Source: a virus (lineage: Duplodnaviria > Caudoviricetes). From it: DNA of 58,509 nucleotides. The stretch is from positions 1-58,509 of IMG/VR virus record IMGVR_UViG_3300005611_000027; one strand, given 5' to 3'. Position numbers and translations under genes: made by a program. Below are positions 19,901 through 29,267 of the stretch, piece by piece. Below the pieces are notes generated by a model that was given only the letters and a program-made list of their open reading frames with translations, did not search any database and was not told the DNA's origin. Within the stretch, counting starts at the first letter, position 1, and each line of letters begins with the position of its first letter.

Positions 19901-21505
19901 AAAGTTTCGCCGGAAGAATTTATCCGCAAGCTTCTGCGAGGCAAAGACGAGGAGATCGCTTCTCGTTATTCCGAAATTTGGGAATCCTTCACCTATTTGA
20001 ACAGTCGTGCAGAGCAATACTTTCCTGAAGACGCGGTCCTAGACATGCCGGACGGACCCGTTCCCCTTTCCGATTTGTTAAAAGACAACACGGACAGTAT
20101 ATCGGGTTGGGCCACCCATGTATTGGCTAAAGATATAATCTTCCCCTTAGAACAAGCCCGTAACAAGGCCGTTGCTGCCGGGGCCAGCAAGCCGGAACAG
20201 GATCGCCTTATGCTCCGGGCGCTACAGCGAGTAAAGGAAAGACTTGGTTCAGAAGGTATCGAACGTCTTAAAAATTTGTTGGGCGACGATTTCGGGGCTG
20301 CGCTAGCAGGGGCCACGGATGCGGTAGATTTTGCAAATCGGTCAAAAAGTCTTTTGGGCAGTTTGCGGGAAAAAGCTAAAGATAACTATGCGCTTAGTGT
20401 TGCGGTTGGATCCAAAGCGCCCTCTGAGGTCATTGAGTCGGCAATCAATGGGTCAAACCCAATCCAATCGTTAAACCAGATCTTTGACGAGATCAGGAAA
20501 GTTGGCCGCAGGGCCGAAGCAGGACGCGTAAACGCAGACGGTACGCCCCTTGTCCCTGAAAACTGGAATGAAGAAGACGCCGTTAAAGGATTGAAGTCTC
20601 TTATTTTCGAAAGGGTCTTCCTTGATTCCGGAGGTCAAGGCGGCCTTGACCCCGCAAAAGCCTTTGAGAGATTGTTTGTTCCCGGTAAATCCCTTCGGAA
20701 AGACACCCGAAACTCTCTGGCAGATTGGATGATTTCCAAAGGGTTGACCAACAAAAAAGAATTGGACGGGTATCAAAAAATACTGAACAACCTAGCTCGG
20801 TTTGAAGCCGCTGTTCAACTAGGCGAAATCGGACCGGAACAACTGGGTGATATAAACTTCATCGCCGACGCGTTTACTCGCCTATCCGGTGCGGCACTGG
20901 GCCGACAGATGGGCCGAATGATGCCGTTTGGTGGGCCAGACAGTCTCGTAGCCAGTGGCATTGGTGTTCGCGCTACGAAAACTTTTGTAGAAAAAATACC
21001 GCAGCTTCGACAGCTAGACGCAATGAGCGTTATTGTCAACGACGACGAACTTCTGGCATTGGCGCTGCGTACCCCTCGGAATGATTCCGAAAAAAAAGCA
21101 ATTTCCAACATAATTACACGAGCGTTGAAGAGTAAGCTCGGTGAAGACTACGGAGTGGGCGCGGTAGTAGACGATCAGCGCAGAGCGATTACTGGACCAC
21201 CACGTAGAGTGCCTTTGTTGGAAAAAGATCGTTTTCTCGAGGACGACGAATCCTCGGAAGAAGAAGCCCCCGGCCCACAAGGTTCTGTCCGCCCACCTGC
21301 GGTTCCCACCCGCACGGTTGCGGCGGCACAGCAGCCGCCTATCCCGCCACGTCCTGCGCCGACCCCGGCACCCCCGTCCGTTGCTTCGGCTCCCACCCAA
21401 GCTCCGGCATCCCCAGAGACACGGCAGCGATATGCGGCACTCTTTCCTAACGACTCGGCATCATCCATGATCCGTAGCCAAGGTATTGGTGGCCTTCTCG
21501 GATGA
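16928..21505 (+). CDS. Very large internal virion / ejection protein
   Basis: 1525 aa, helical; Pro-rich linker and tail RYAALFPND...GIGGLLG. Confidence 0.7.
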   Translation: MADLDKDVEEVPSGPLGALYYSPPPPSPRPPLNIPTFEYDKDLFGALRYAEEEGKPEPIELDDSGHKEQLLNTAAEILSSNPFYNKGPIDPVDFFTLKSPYMADVFPESVGDSPSALFWKQSWVRKDSDEKREELLQRLTNLSPVTYGDMAKSAFRGILKGVPAAEAALYGGRLAFTAAPVYLPGPWAASPQTAPLGFLSKPVAGMAGGLSAAVGTSFIVDPVVSEFIKDRENLLPGGEGKLAGAETAGLMVSGLPSIFRYNPKAVGPARVAALLRESSGEAAFLPTVTRATEIGRKPPRALRFAAFIDEMLPATRRAAQRSPGVTAAGEGSAAVLSGYLVDQLDAENDPVLRTFIELGSPLAPNYTFARVLLGTPQGIKKGAKYLPSAVGYKFIKDSGSLGGAYRRIVGGLKVDPSTKKQDILKTPAGKIAVQEILKLVEDMGEDPIAVATRMAQGEDWLEGLSDDALRVLNARANQLAGNEEAENLVSALPAGVRAKSPAIIALQGYFANAAQKQKLGREAKSSSAKAADFQRGLIELFHSSGDQNLMNLALELQQDRYANAFVDRFADVVDYAIRATERVGGTEFGARLRAGFSEEEIRGLDAAEAIANAMDQQLTIASKMANRLYEDAKGDVPSIRVFKNAAGEEIDEPSFITLFDEIIDNLNPETAERFFRNAELQEVLKTVDRYRGILSLPGALPTTGAREKFSAKLSSYEDGSPVKRTFEQILSGDVDLGAGSLPGSKFSQSFAEASPGVKKQLDRALQQKFKAGQLIRNVSVEEFDFENLEPTAENIALLDDLITRTTAGSKYKSTDQKKAATEGARLLNLKRTELLRLQDSGPVSFERNVAGQLTPTEENVQALQRVEDLLSSQSPTPELRDILGLVKLQKAALRSEVDADFPDAIDYSDMDNLRKTLRSIKEKSRGKVFDQELYGIAAQLEKALIDDLDNTIDPSVSEKYNIARTFYRGMNDALTRSFVGLPTARAAFDQVKVSPEEFIRKLLRGKDEEIASRYSEIWESFTYLNSRAEQYFPEDAVLDMPDGPVPLSDLLKDNTDSISGWATHVLAKDIIFPLEQARNKAVAAGASKPEQDRLMLRALQRVKERLGSEGIERLKNLLGDDFGAALAGATDAVDFANRSKSLLGSLREKAKDNYALSVAVGSKAPSEVIESAINGSNPIQSLNQIFDEIRKVGRRAEAGRVNADGTPLVPENWNEEDAVKGLKSLIFERVFLDSGGQGGLDPAKAFERLFVPGKSLRKDTRNSLADWMISKGLTNKKELDGYQKILNNLARFEAAVQLGEIGPEQLGDINFIADAFTRLSGAALGRQMGRMMPFGGPDSLVASGIGVRATKTFVEKIPQLRQLDAMSVIVNDDELLALALRTPRNDSEKKAISNIITRALKSKLGEDYGVGAVVDDQRRAITGPPRRVPLLEKDRFLEDDESSEEEAPGPQGSVRPPAVPTRTVAAAQQPPIPPRPAPTPAPPSVASAPTQAPASPETRQRYAALFPNDSASSMIRSQGIGGLLG

Positions 21506-21957
21506 TCGGCGACGTTCTACACCTGATGCTTCAGTCAGACGTTCATAGGAAGTGGTACATCCACGACCTTGAGCGTCTGATTATGCCTGCCATCGAAGCT
21601 GGCAAGATGAAGGTGTTTTACGAGGACGGTAAGCCGCAGGGTCTGTACAGCCACGCGTTCCTCACGCCCGAAGCTGCAAAAGGCTACCTGATGAAGACGC
21701 GGAAGCTGCAACCCGAAGATTGGTTCACGGACCACGGGTCTGGGGAACTGTTCATCATTGATTTCATCGCGCCGTATGGCAACGTCCTGAAGATTGGACG
21801 CATGATCCAAAAGGATCTTACCAACCGCTACATCGACGTTTACATGAAGGACGGTGCTTTTATGAAGCGCGGCGCAAGGAACGACCGCCTGATGTATGTT
21901 ACGGGCGTGAAAGACATGCTGGCTGCACGGAGAGCGGAACATGAAGTACGAGCGTAA
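21502..21957 (+). CDS. Toxin-activating lysine acyltransferase (HlyC/TAAT family)
   Basis: QSDVHRKW (HlyC SxxH), KLQPEDW...SGELFIIDFIAPYG signature. Confidence 0.85.
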   Translation: MIGDVLHLMLQSDVHRKWYIHDLERLIMPAIEAGKMKVFYEDGKPQGLYSHAFLTPEAAKGYLMKTRKLQPEDWFTDHGSGELFIIDFIAPYGNVLKIGRMIQKDLTNRYIDVYMKDGAFMKRGARNDRLMYVTGVKDMLAARRAEHEVRA

Positions 21958-22897
21958 AAGCCCCTATGCAGACGGCTTCAACGACATTTACACCGTAGCG
22001 GGTGTGGATGCGGACGACGTTTGGGCCCGCAAGCATCTTTTGCTGGGCGGTGATGGCGGTGATGGCGGCGAAGGTGGGCATCACGGAACTGATCCCGCAG
22101 TAGACAACCCGGACACCGTTGCAGAGGCCGAAGCCGAAGCGGCAGCAGTAGATGCCGCGAAGGGAGAGATGGAGGCTTATAGCCCGTCTTATGGTCTGGT
22201 CACGGACGTACTGGGAATCACGAAAGGGTTCGACCAGTTCGGACCCAAGGGGGTAAACATAAGTTTTAGCCCTGTCGGTACGGCGTTATCGACTGTTTTG
22301 GGACTTGGACCACTCGCAGGTTTCGCCCTCGGTAAAGGGGTTACCACTGCTATGGACGCAATTGGCGTTCCCAGCACGGTGTCTGTTAATGTCGGAACAC
22401 CCGGCACACCCGGTATATCGGTTGGACCCAGCACACCCGGTGCAATAGACAATGCAATAGACGATGCCATTTCCTCCGTCACAGGTACTACTGGAGGCAC
22501 CACGACAGGCACTCAGGGCGGTGTAAATGATGGAATCGGTGGATTGGACACTTCCGGAAATGCCGATCCGGCCTTCGCGGCAACGGACCTGTCAAGCGAC
22601 ACCATGCTGGGCAGAACGCTTGTTGAAGCAGATCTTGACCCGGGCGGAAACGCCTCCGCAATTACCCCTGTCCCCATCAACACCAGCGCAGCACCCGCCG
22701 GAATTTTTCAAGTGGCCCCCACCACTCGGCCATTGGCCGCAGCTCCTAGTTCTTCGCCGTTTTTCCAGCAGCAGAACTTCAACCCCTTCGCCATCCCGCC
22801 CTTGGGCGCTCCCACCCAAACGGCTCCCTTCGTGCAGCCCATGCGGTACGGCGGCGCAGTGAACAGCGGTATCGGCAGTCTCGTATCGATCAGATAA
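21941..22897 (+). CDS. Low-complexity putative virion cargo protein with hydrophobic segment
   Basis: 318 aa; HLLLGG leader, GTALSTVLGLGPLAGFALGKG, C-terminal MRYGGAV...GIGSL. Confidence 0.65.
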   Translation: MKYERKSPYADGFNDIYTVAGVDADDVWARKHLLLGGDGGDGGEGGHHGTDPAVDNPDTVAEAEAEAAAVDAAKGEMEAYSPSYGLVTDVLGITKGFDQFGPKGVNISFSPVGTALSTVLGLGPLAGFALGKGVTTAMDAIGVPSTVSVNVGTPGTPGISVGPSTPGAIDNAIDDAISSVTGTTGGTTTGTQGGVNDGIGGLDTSGNADPAFAATDLSSDTMLGRTLVEADLDPGGNASAITPVPINTSAAPAGIFQVAPTTRPLAAAPSSSPFFQQQNFNPFAIPPLGAPTQTAPFVQPMRYGGAVNSGIGSLVSIR

Positions 22898-24335
22898 GCC
22901 ACTGCCGGGCGTCCTCGCCCAGTACCTGTCCGGCCAGATCAATCTTGGCCTTCAACGCGCCCAGTATCTTCTCGTCAATCGTCTGGGGCGATACGAGATC
23001 GATATAGGTCACAGACTTCTTCTGGCCAATGCGGTGCGCCCGGTCCTCTGACTGAAGCCTTATCTCCAAATCGTAGCTGTTGGAGTAGTACACCACCGTG
23101 CTAGCGGCTGTTAGAGTGATGCCGTAACCGCCCGTTCGGGGCTGACCCACAAAGAACCGCAACGGGTTCTCCGGGTCTTGGAACTTCTCGACAATCTCCT
23201 GCCGCTCGTCCTGTGGTGTGTCTCCGTAGTAGCAAGCCACGGCGTTCTCGCCATACTTCTTGGCCAACGCACCACGGATCGCAAGGATGTCGTGCGTGTA
23301 GGTGGCCCAGATGATGACTTTTCCCTGCACCTCTTCTGCGATGTCCATCAACTCGTTCAAGCGGTTGTGCGGTAGCTCCTGCGTCTCGCCATCGTCGGGC
23401 GTCAGGAAGCCGCAGCAGATTTGCTGGAGCCGCATGATCTGCGTCAGCACGCTGGCCGTGGTCGCGAGTTCGCCGTTGTCGAGCATGGCGAGCGCCAGCT
23501 TCTTCATCTGATCGTATAGGCGTTTTTGGTCCGGCGTCAGCGGAACGTCCCGGCGGATGTAAACCTTGTCCGGCAGGTCCAGACAGTCTTCCTTCAGAAC
23601 TCGGTTGCTGAACCTGTCCAGCTTCTCCGACAATTCGTCTAGACGGCGATAGCCCACAACTTCTTGGAAAGCCTTGGGGCCCATCGTGCGTCGTTGCACA
23701 ACGGCGTACCGGTTCTGGAATGCGAAGTAGCTCTTGAAGCCCAACGCCCGGTCCGACAGGAACAGGCACTGGCTGTAGAGATCGAGCGGGCTCTTCGTGA
23801 CGGGCGACCCCGTCAGGATGCGACGATACTTGGCGTAAGTGCCGAGGGTCACGATGTTCTTCGTGCGCTGCGCGGTGCGATTTTTTATCGTCGTGGATTC
23901 GTCCACAACCATGATGTTGTCGGGATAACGCTTCAGAAAGTCATACGCAGCGCGGGCCCCACGAGGCGTCGAAAGCGCTTCCACGTTCATCACGAACATG
24001 CGAAGATGGTTAGGCTCAAGATCCGATAGCCCCTCAAGCTCTTCTTCGAACTTTTTTGTTTTCGCGGGTATCCAACGGACAACGAGCCGGTCAATCCGAC
24101 CCGGCATATGCACCGGGATCTCCCCCTTTACCCAGTTGTCGTAAACGCCCTTCGGAGCGACGATTAAGGCTGCGTTTACGTCGCCGGACTCATACAGCGC
24201 GGCGATGGTGTCAATAGCTACCTTCGTTTTTCCTGTGCCCATTTCCATGAACAACGCGTAGTAGTCCGCGGCCCACGAATCTTCAAACGCTCGGCGTTGG
24301 TGGGCGAATGGCTCGGTCTCAAATTGATATGTCAT
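22890..24335 (-). CDS. SNF2-family helicase
   Basis: MEMGTGKT, VVDEST, ILTGSP, QSEDRAHRIGQ. Confidence 0.92.
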   Translation of the reverse strand: MTYQFETEPFAHQRRAFEDSWAADYYALFMEMGTGKTKVAIDTIAALYESGDVNAALIVAPKGVYDNWVKGEIPVHMPGRIDRLVVRWIPAKTKKFEEELEGLSDLEPNHLRMFVMNVEALSTPRGARAAYDFLKRYPDNIMVVDESTTIKNRTAQRTKNIVTLGTYAKYRRILTGSPVTKSPLDLYSQCLFLSDRALGFKSYFAFQNRYAVVQRRTMGPKAFQEVVGYRRLDELSEKLDRFSNRVLKEDCLDLPDKVYIRRDVPLTPDQKRLYDQMKKLALAMLDNGELATTASVLTQIMRLQQICCGFLTPDDGETQELPHNRLNELMDIAEEVQGKVIIWATYTHDILAIRGALAKKYGENAVACYYGDTPQDERQEIVEKFQDPENPLRFFVGQPRTGGYGITLTAASTVVYYSNSYDLEIRLQSEDRAHRIGQKKSVTYIDLVSPQTIDEKILGALKAKIDLAGQVLGEDARQWLI

Positions 24336-24355
24336 GGCTCTTTCGAAAAAAGTGG

Positions 24356-24384
24356 TTGACGATCCCTACATATCTAATTATATC
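24356..24384 (+). promoter_or_regulatory. Sigma70-like promoter of replication operon
   Basis: TTGACG-17-TATATC in divergent intergenic gap. Confidence 0.65.
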
Positions 24385-24433
24385 AGGGAATGTCAAGGAC
24401 CGAAAGGATCCTTTAATCACGAAGGAGAAGTAA

Positions 24434-25009
24434 ATGAGTGACTTGCTGTCACAGATGGAAGAGGACTTCGAAAGTACCGTTGCCTCATCCGTCGAGAAAA
24501 TCGATCAGGGCGAACTTGGGAACGTAGCTTCCATCGCCCGTCGTATCCGAGACAAGGAAGAAAGAGTAGCCGAGCTTGAGTTGCAACTCAAGCAGGAGAA
24601 ACGAGAACTTCTGAAGCTCACGGATGAAGACCTGCCCACCGTCTTTGCGGAGATGGGGCTCTCTAAACTAGCGCTCGATGACGGATCGACCGTCGAAATC
24701 AAACAGACCTACGGGGCTTCTATCCCCGTGGCTGAACGTGAACGAGCATACGAATGGTTAAGGGAGAATGGGTATGACGACATCATCAAGAACACGGTCG
24801 GTGTTGAGTTCGGGCGTGGCGAGGACGACAAAGCGTCGGCCTTCCGGTCCTTCTGCGAAGCAGAGGGTTACGTTCCGGACCAGAAGACGGGTATCCACCC
24901 GCAAACACTCCGGGCCTTCGTTCGTGAGCGTGTCGAAAATGGGGACTCATTCCCGATGGATATGTTCGGCGCTTGGGTCGGACAACGTGCAACAATCAAG
25001 AGGAGCTAG
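24434..25009 (+). CDS. Conserved replication-module protein
   Basis: AYEWLRENGYDDIIKN...IHPQTLRAFVRE; AAGGAG RBS. Confidence 0.75.
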   Translation: MSDLLSQMEEDFESTVASSVEKIDQGELGNVASIARRIRDKEERVAELELQLKQEKRELLKLTDEDLPTVFAEMGLSKLALDDGSTVEIKQTYGASIPVAERERAYEWLRENGYDDIIKNTVGVEFGRGEDDKASAFRSFCEAEGYVPDQKTGIHPQTLRAFVRERVENGDSFPMDMFGAWVGQRATIKRS

Positions 25010-25013
25010 TGAT

Positions 25014-25799
25014 ATGGCTGGCACAGCAGTAGCAGAAAAGAAGAAGACGGAAGTAGCGGCGTTCGACGCAGGTATGTTCGAGGCCGACGCCGGTGCAGGT
25101 ATGGAGAACATGGGCGTCGAGGATCTCGCGCTTCCGTTCCTCAAGATCCTGTCAGGTCTTGATCCCATCCTTGACGAGATGGAAGAGGCCCGTAAGGGGG
25201 ACATCCTCAACACGGTCACCAATGCCGTGTACAAGGGCAAAGAGGGACTGAACGTAATCCCTTGCGCCTACATGCGTCGGTTCATCCAGTGGGCACCGCG
25301 TGGTTCGGGAAGTGGAGCGCCGCAGGCGATCTACGCACCGGGCGACCCGAACCTACCGAAGACCGAGCGTTCGTCCGAGGACAACAAGGAATACGTTGTC
25401 GGCGGCAACGGCGAGTACCTCGAAGAGACGCATCAGCACTTCGTTTTGATCGTCGGCGAAGATGGCGCTGTCGAAACGGCGCTTATCGCAATGAAGTCCA
25501 CGCAGCTAAAAAAGAGCCGAAAGTGGAACTCGATGATCTCCTCGCTGACCATGCAGGGCAAGAACGGTCCGTTCACCCCGCCGCGGTTCAGTCACGTTTA
25601 TCACCTGAAAAGCGTGTCTGAGGAAAACAGCAAGGGCTCTTGGCACGGCTGGGATATCAGTCGGGTCGGTCCTGTTGAAGACGCGGCAACTTACGCCCGC
25701 GCAAAAACCTTCTCTGAGAGCGTGCTTTCTGGCGATGTCGTCGTGAAGCACGAGAACGAAAGCGGCGGCTCATCACAGTCCGACGACGTTCCGTTCTAG
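25014..25799 (+). CDS. Putative ssDNA-binding / annealing protein
   Basis: DLALPFLKIL, acidic DDVPF tail, AGGAG RBS, position before primase. Confidence 0.6.
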   Translation: MAGTAVAEKKKTEVAAFDAGMFEADAGAGMENMGVEDLALPFLKILSGLDPILDEMEEARKGDILNTVTNAVYKGKEGLNVIPCAYMRRFIQWAPRGSGSGAPQAIYAPGDPNLPKTERSSEDNKEYVVGGNGEYLEETHQHFVLIVGEDGAVETALIAMKSTQLKKSRKWNSMISSLTMQGKNGPFTPPRFSHVYHLKSVSEENSKGSWHGWDISRVGPVEDAATYARAKTFSESVLSGDVVVKHENESGGSSQSDDVPF

Positions 25800-25803
25800 T
25801 TAG

Positions 25804-25828
25804 GCGGGCGGGGCTAGTCCCCGCCCCC
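25804..25828 (+). other. GC-rich hairpin without U-tract
   Basis: GGGCGGGG-CTAGT-CCCCGCCC. Confidence 0.5.
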
Positions 25829-25845
25829 ACTCTCAAGGGGTTATA

Positions 25846-27375
25846 ATGTCTTCAGAGAAATTTCAGTCCATATTTGATGGGCTACAGTTAGCGCACGGCA
25901 CGTTTGAGATAAAGAAGCAAGCCGCTAACGGGAAGAACACGGGAGATGCGTACATTGTCCGCGAACCACGGACCTTGGCGCATTGGGAAGAGCACCTAGC
26001 GGGCAAGCGCTCGCTCGGCATAATTCCTATTGACGAGAACAACCAGTGTCGCTGGGGCTGCATTGATATCGATCAGTACCCGCTAGACCACAAGCTTCTT
26101 GTCGAGAAAATCCGGCGCATGAAGCTGCCGCTCATTGTCTGCCGTAGTAAGTCTGGCGGAGCGCACTGCTTCCTGTTTACCGTCACGCCCATCGATGCGA
26201 AGGACATGCAGACGACGCTTCAACAAGTGTCCGCGGCCCTCGGATATGGTGGAAGCGAAATCTTCCCAAAGCAGGTTAAGCTCCATCTGGATCGTGGCGA
26301 TGTCGGCAACTTCCTGAACCTGCCGTACTTCAATGCCGAAGACGGCTTGCGCTACGGCATCAACGATGACGGAACCTCCGCCACGCTGGGAGAGTTCTTC
26401 GCGTTGTACGAGGAGCACGTCCAGACACCCGAGCAGGTTACGGCGTTACAGATTAAGGACGACCCGCAATCGAACTGGGCGGGCGCACCGCCGTGCTTGC
26501 AAATCCTGTTCAAGAACAAGATCAGCGAGGGCGGTCGAAACAACGGTCTGTTCAACATTGGCGTGTATCTGAGGAAGGCGTATCCCGACACATGGGAGAC
26601 GGAGATCCTCACCTACAACCTGACGTATCTGGAACCGCCGCTGCCGCTGAACGAAGTCAACGTCATCGCCAAGCAGCTTGGTCGAAAGGACTATGTCTAC
26701 AAGTGCAACGACGCACCGATCAACGCCCACTGCGACAAAGCTCTGTGCATGACGCGCAAGTTTGGGGTCGGCGCTGCTATGCAGGGTGCCGCTGTAGCGA
26801 ACCTCCGCAAATACAATTCGACACCACCTGTGTGGTTCTTGGATGTGAGCGGGGAGCCGCTGGAGCTCGATACCGAAGCGCTGTTGAACCAGCCCGCCTT
26901 CCAGAAGGCTTGCATGGAGCAGCTAAACCAGATGCCCATGACCATGAGCAAGCAGAATTGGGAGGCCCGGATCAGCACTCTGATGTCGGAGATGCGGGAC
27001 AACGAGAGTGCCATCATGGAAGTCGCGCAGGACGCCAGCATCAACGGTCAGTTCTACGACTACCTTGAGGAGTTCTGTCGTCATCTACAGCAGGCGCAGG
27101 ACAAGGAAGAGATCTTGCTGCGCCGACCGTGGACCGACGAGGAGCGCGGCACGACCTACTTCAGGCTTCGTGACTTTGAGGGGCACCTCAAGAAGAACAA
27201 GTTCTTTGAACTGAAGACGCACAAGATCGCCCAGCGATTACGCGACATACATGGAGAGAGCATAGTGATGAAGATCAAAGGGCGGTCGGTCCGAGTATGG
27301 GCCATCCCTTCGTTCGACGTTTCCGACGTAGACATTGAAGCCCCTCACTTCCAGACCGAAGAGGTGCCTTTCTAA
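25846..27375 (+). CDS. Archaeo-eukaryotic-type primase with PriCT-like domain
   Basis: CIDID, RSKSGGAH, EIFPKQ, EGGRNNGLF. Confidence 0.85.
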   Translation: MSSEKFQSIFDGLQLAHGTFEIKKQAANGKNTGDAYIVREPRTLAHWEEHLAGKRSLGIIPIDENNQCRWGCIDIDQYPLDHKLLVEKIRRMKLPLIVCRSKSGGAHCFLFTVTPIDAKDMQTTLQQVSAALGYGGSEIFPKQVKLHLDRGDVGNFLNLPYFNAEDGLRYGINDDGTSATLGEFFALYEEHVQTPEQVTALQIKDDPQSNWAGAPPCLQILFKNKISEGGRNNGLFNIGVYLRKAYPDTWETEILTYNLTYLEPPLPLNEVNVIAKQLGRKDYVYKCNDAPINAHCDKALCMTRKFGVGAAMQGAAVANLRKYNSTPPVWFLDVSGEPLELDTEALLNQPAFQKACMEQLNQMPMTMSKQNWEARISTLMSEMRDNESAIMEVAQDASINGQFYDYLEEFCRHLQQAQDKEEILLRRPWTDEERGTTYFRLRDFEGHLKKNKFFELKTHKIAQRLRDIHGESIVMKIKGRSVRVWAIPSFDVSDVDIEAPHFQTEEVPF

Positions 27376-27554
27376 TGGAACGTGATGAAGAGATTCTACG
27401 TTTGTGGAAGGACGAGCTGATGACCTTGTCCGCTATAGGGAAAAAATACGGCCTTACTCGTGAACGGGTAAGACAGATCGTAGCAAAACAGAGAGCCAAA
27501 GATGTTTCGGATATTCGGACCGCCGGGAACGGGAAAGACAACAACGCTTCTTAA
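27375..27554 (+). CDS. Small sigma70-region-4-like HTH protein (59 aa)
   Basis: MTLSAIGKKYGLTRERVRQIV; GAGG upstream; not in ORF track. Confidence 0.7.
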   Translation: MERDEEILRLWKDELMTLSAIGKKYGLTRERVRQIVAKQRAKDVSDIRTAGNGKDNNAS

Positions 27555-29016
27555 CATGGTGGACGATGCCCTCGAGAGCGGCATCAATCCCGTGGACATC
27601 GCCTTCCTTGCCTTTACCCGCAAGGCGGCGAACGAAGCAAAAGAACGAGCCGCCAAGCGGTTTAAGCTCGATCCCGACGAGGATCTGAGGCATTTCCGCA
27701 CGCTACACAGTCTGGCCCTGTCGAAGGTGGGCATCCGACCAGAAGAGGTCATGCAGCCCTCTAACTATAGGGAACTGGGCGGCGTCATAGGGCACCGCTT
27801 CCAGAACGTGGACGGTAAAGACAACGACGGCGATATCTTCTCCGGTAAGATAAACGACCCGATCCTGTCCTTGATAAATCTGGCCCGCCTGAAGAAGACC
27901 AAGCTCCGCGACGAGTATAACAACAGCAACCTCTACGCTGATTGGAACCTCGTCAAATACGTTGACGATAGCGTTACGGCCTACAAGGAAAAGTTCGGGC
28001 TGTACGACTTCACAGATATGTTGAGTCAGTTCATCGCCAATGCTGACCAGTGCTGTCCGCCCTTCAAGCTGACCTTCCTCGATGAGGCGCAGGACTTGTC
28101 CCCGCTCCAGTGGGACATCGCCCACATTCTCGATAAGAAGTCGGAGCGCATGTACTGCGCGGGCGATGACGATCAAGCCATCTACCGCTGGGCCGGGGCC
28201 GACGTTGAACAGTTCATCAACCTGCCCGGCGGGGCCGAAATTCTGGCGCAGTCATATCGCGTCCCGAGCGCTGTCCACAAGGTCGCGGAACGCATCTCCA
28301 ACCGCATCAACAAACGGTATCGGAAGGAGTACAACCCGCGAAAGGAAAGAGGCCGCGTAGCGCAAATCTCGGGCCTCGCAGAACTGGACATGAGCCACGG
28401 CTCTTGGCTCATCATGGGTCAGGCCGGGTACATGCTCTCGCCCCTGTCACAGGAACTGCGGGGCATGGGCGTCCTGTTCAACGACCGCGGACGACGGTCC
28501 ATCTCCGATAAGATCAGCACGGCGGTCAATGCGTGGGAACGCCTGAGAAAAGGAACCGCCATTAGTGGTGAAGAAGCTAGATGTGTATACTCTCACATGA
28601 GCACAAAGACGCGCATAGAACGCGGCTTCAAAAAGTTACCGGGTGTCGAGGACAGCGACCAACTGACGATGCAAGACTTGATCGATAATCACGGCCTGTT
28701 AGCCGATCCAGAATCCATCTGGCACGAAGCTATGGACCTGATCCCGGACAACGAGCGGGCTTACATCGTTGCCATGCTGCGCCGTGGCGAGAAATTCAAT
28801 GCCGAGCCCCGCGTTACGGTGTCCACGATCCACGGATCTAAAGGCGGTGAGGCGGACAACGTTGTACTGCTCACGGACCTTTCTCCTGCGGCGGAGGCGG
28901 CGGCAGCTATCGACGCCGATGACCTGCACCGTGTGTTTTACGTTGGCGTAACGCGAACACGAGAAAATCTTTATCTCGTAGAACCCGAAGACCTAAACCG
29001 GAGTTATTTAATATGA
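27502..29016 (+). CDS. UvrD/Rep-family SF1 helicase
   Basis: GPPGTGKT, LDEAQD, GDDDQAIY, STIHGSKGGE, YVGVTR. Confidence 0.93.
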   Translation: MFRIFGPPGTGKTTTLLNMVDDALESGINPVDIAFLAFTRKAANEAKERAAKRFKLDPDEDLRHFRTLHSLALSKVGIRPEEVMQPSNYRELGGVIGHRFQNVDGKDNDGDIFSGKINDPILSLINLARLKKTKLRDEYNNSNLYADWNLVKYVDDSVTAYKEKFGLYDFTDMLSQFIANADQCCPPFKLTFLDEAQDLSPLQWDIAHILDKKSERMYCAGDDDQAIYRWAGADVEQFINLPGGAEILAQSYRVPSAVHKVAERISNRINKRYRKEYNPRKERGRVAQISGLAELDMSHGSWLIMGQAGYMLSPLSQELRGMGVLFNDRGRRSISDKISTAVNAWERLRKGTAISGEEARCVYSHMSTKTRIERGFKKLPGVEDSDQLTMQDLIDNHGLLADPESIWHEAMDLIPDNERAYIVAMLRRGEKFNAEPRVTVSTIHGSKGGEADNVVLLTDLSPAAEAAAAIDADDLHRVFYVGVTRTRENLYLVEPEDLNRSYLI

Positions 29017-29267
29017 CGCGTGACGAAATTCTTGATCTGGCGAAGCAACTCATCAACGGCGACCGTCACGCCGACTACGGAGAGGCTTCCAAGAACTTCG
29101 ATGATATCGCTCAGATATGGGGCGTCGTTTTGAACCGACCTGTTACGCGCAAAGAAGTGGCTCTTTGCATGGCGGGAGTAAAGATGGCGCGGCTGGCCAA
29201 ATCCCCTGACCATGACGACTCTTGGGTCGATCTCTGCGGATATGCCGCACTAGGAGGAGAATTTTAA
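29013..29267 (+). CDS. DUF6378-like protein
   Basis: DRHADYG...NF..IA..W...K.AR...DSWVDLCGYAAL. Confidence 0.8.
   Translation: MTRDEILDLAKQLINGDRHADYGEASKNFDDIAQIWGVVLNRPVTRKEVALCMAGVKMARLAKSPDHDDSWVDLCGYAALGGEF

Noticed and set aside
21502-21957. RTX toxin operon
   Set aside because: No GGxGxDxL repeat protein or HlyB/HlyD transporter is present.
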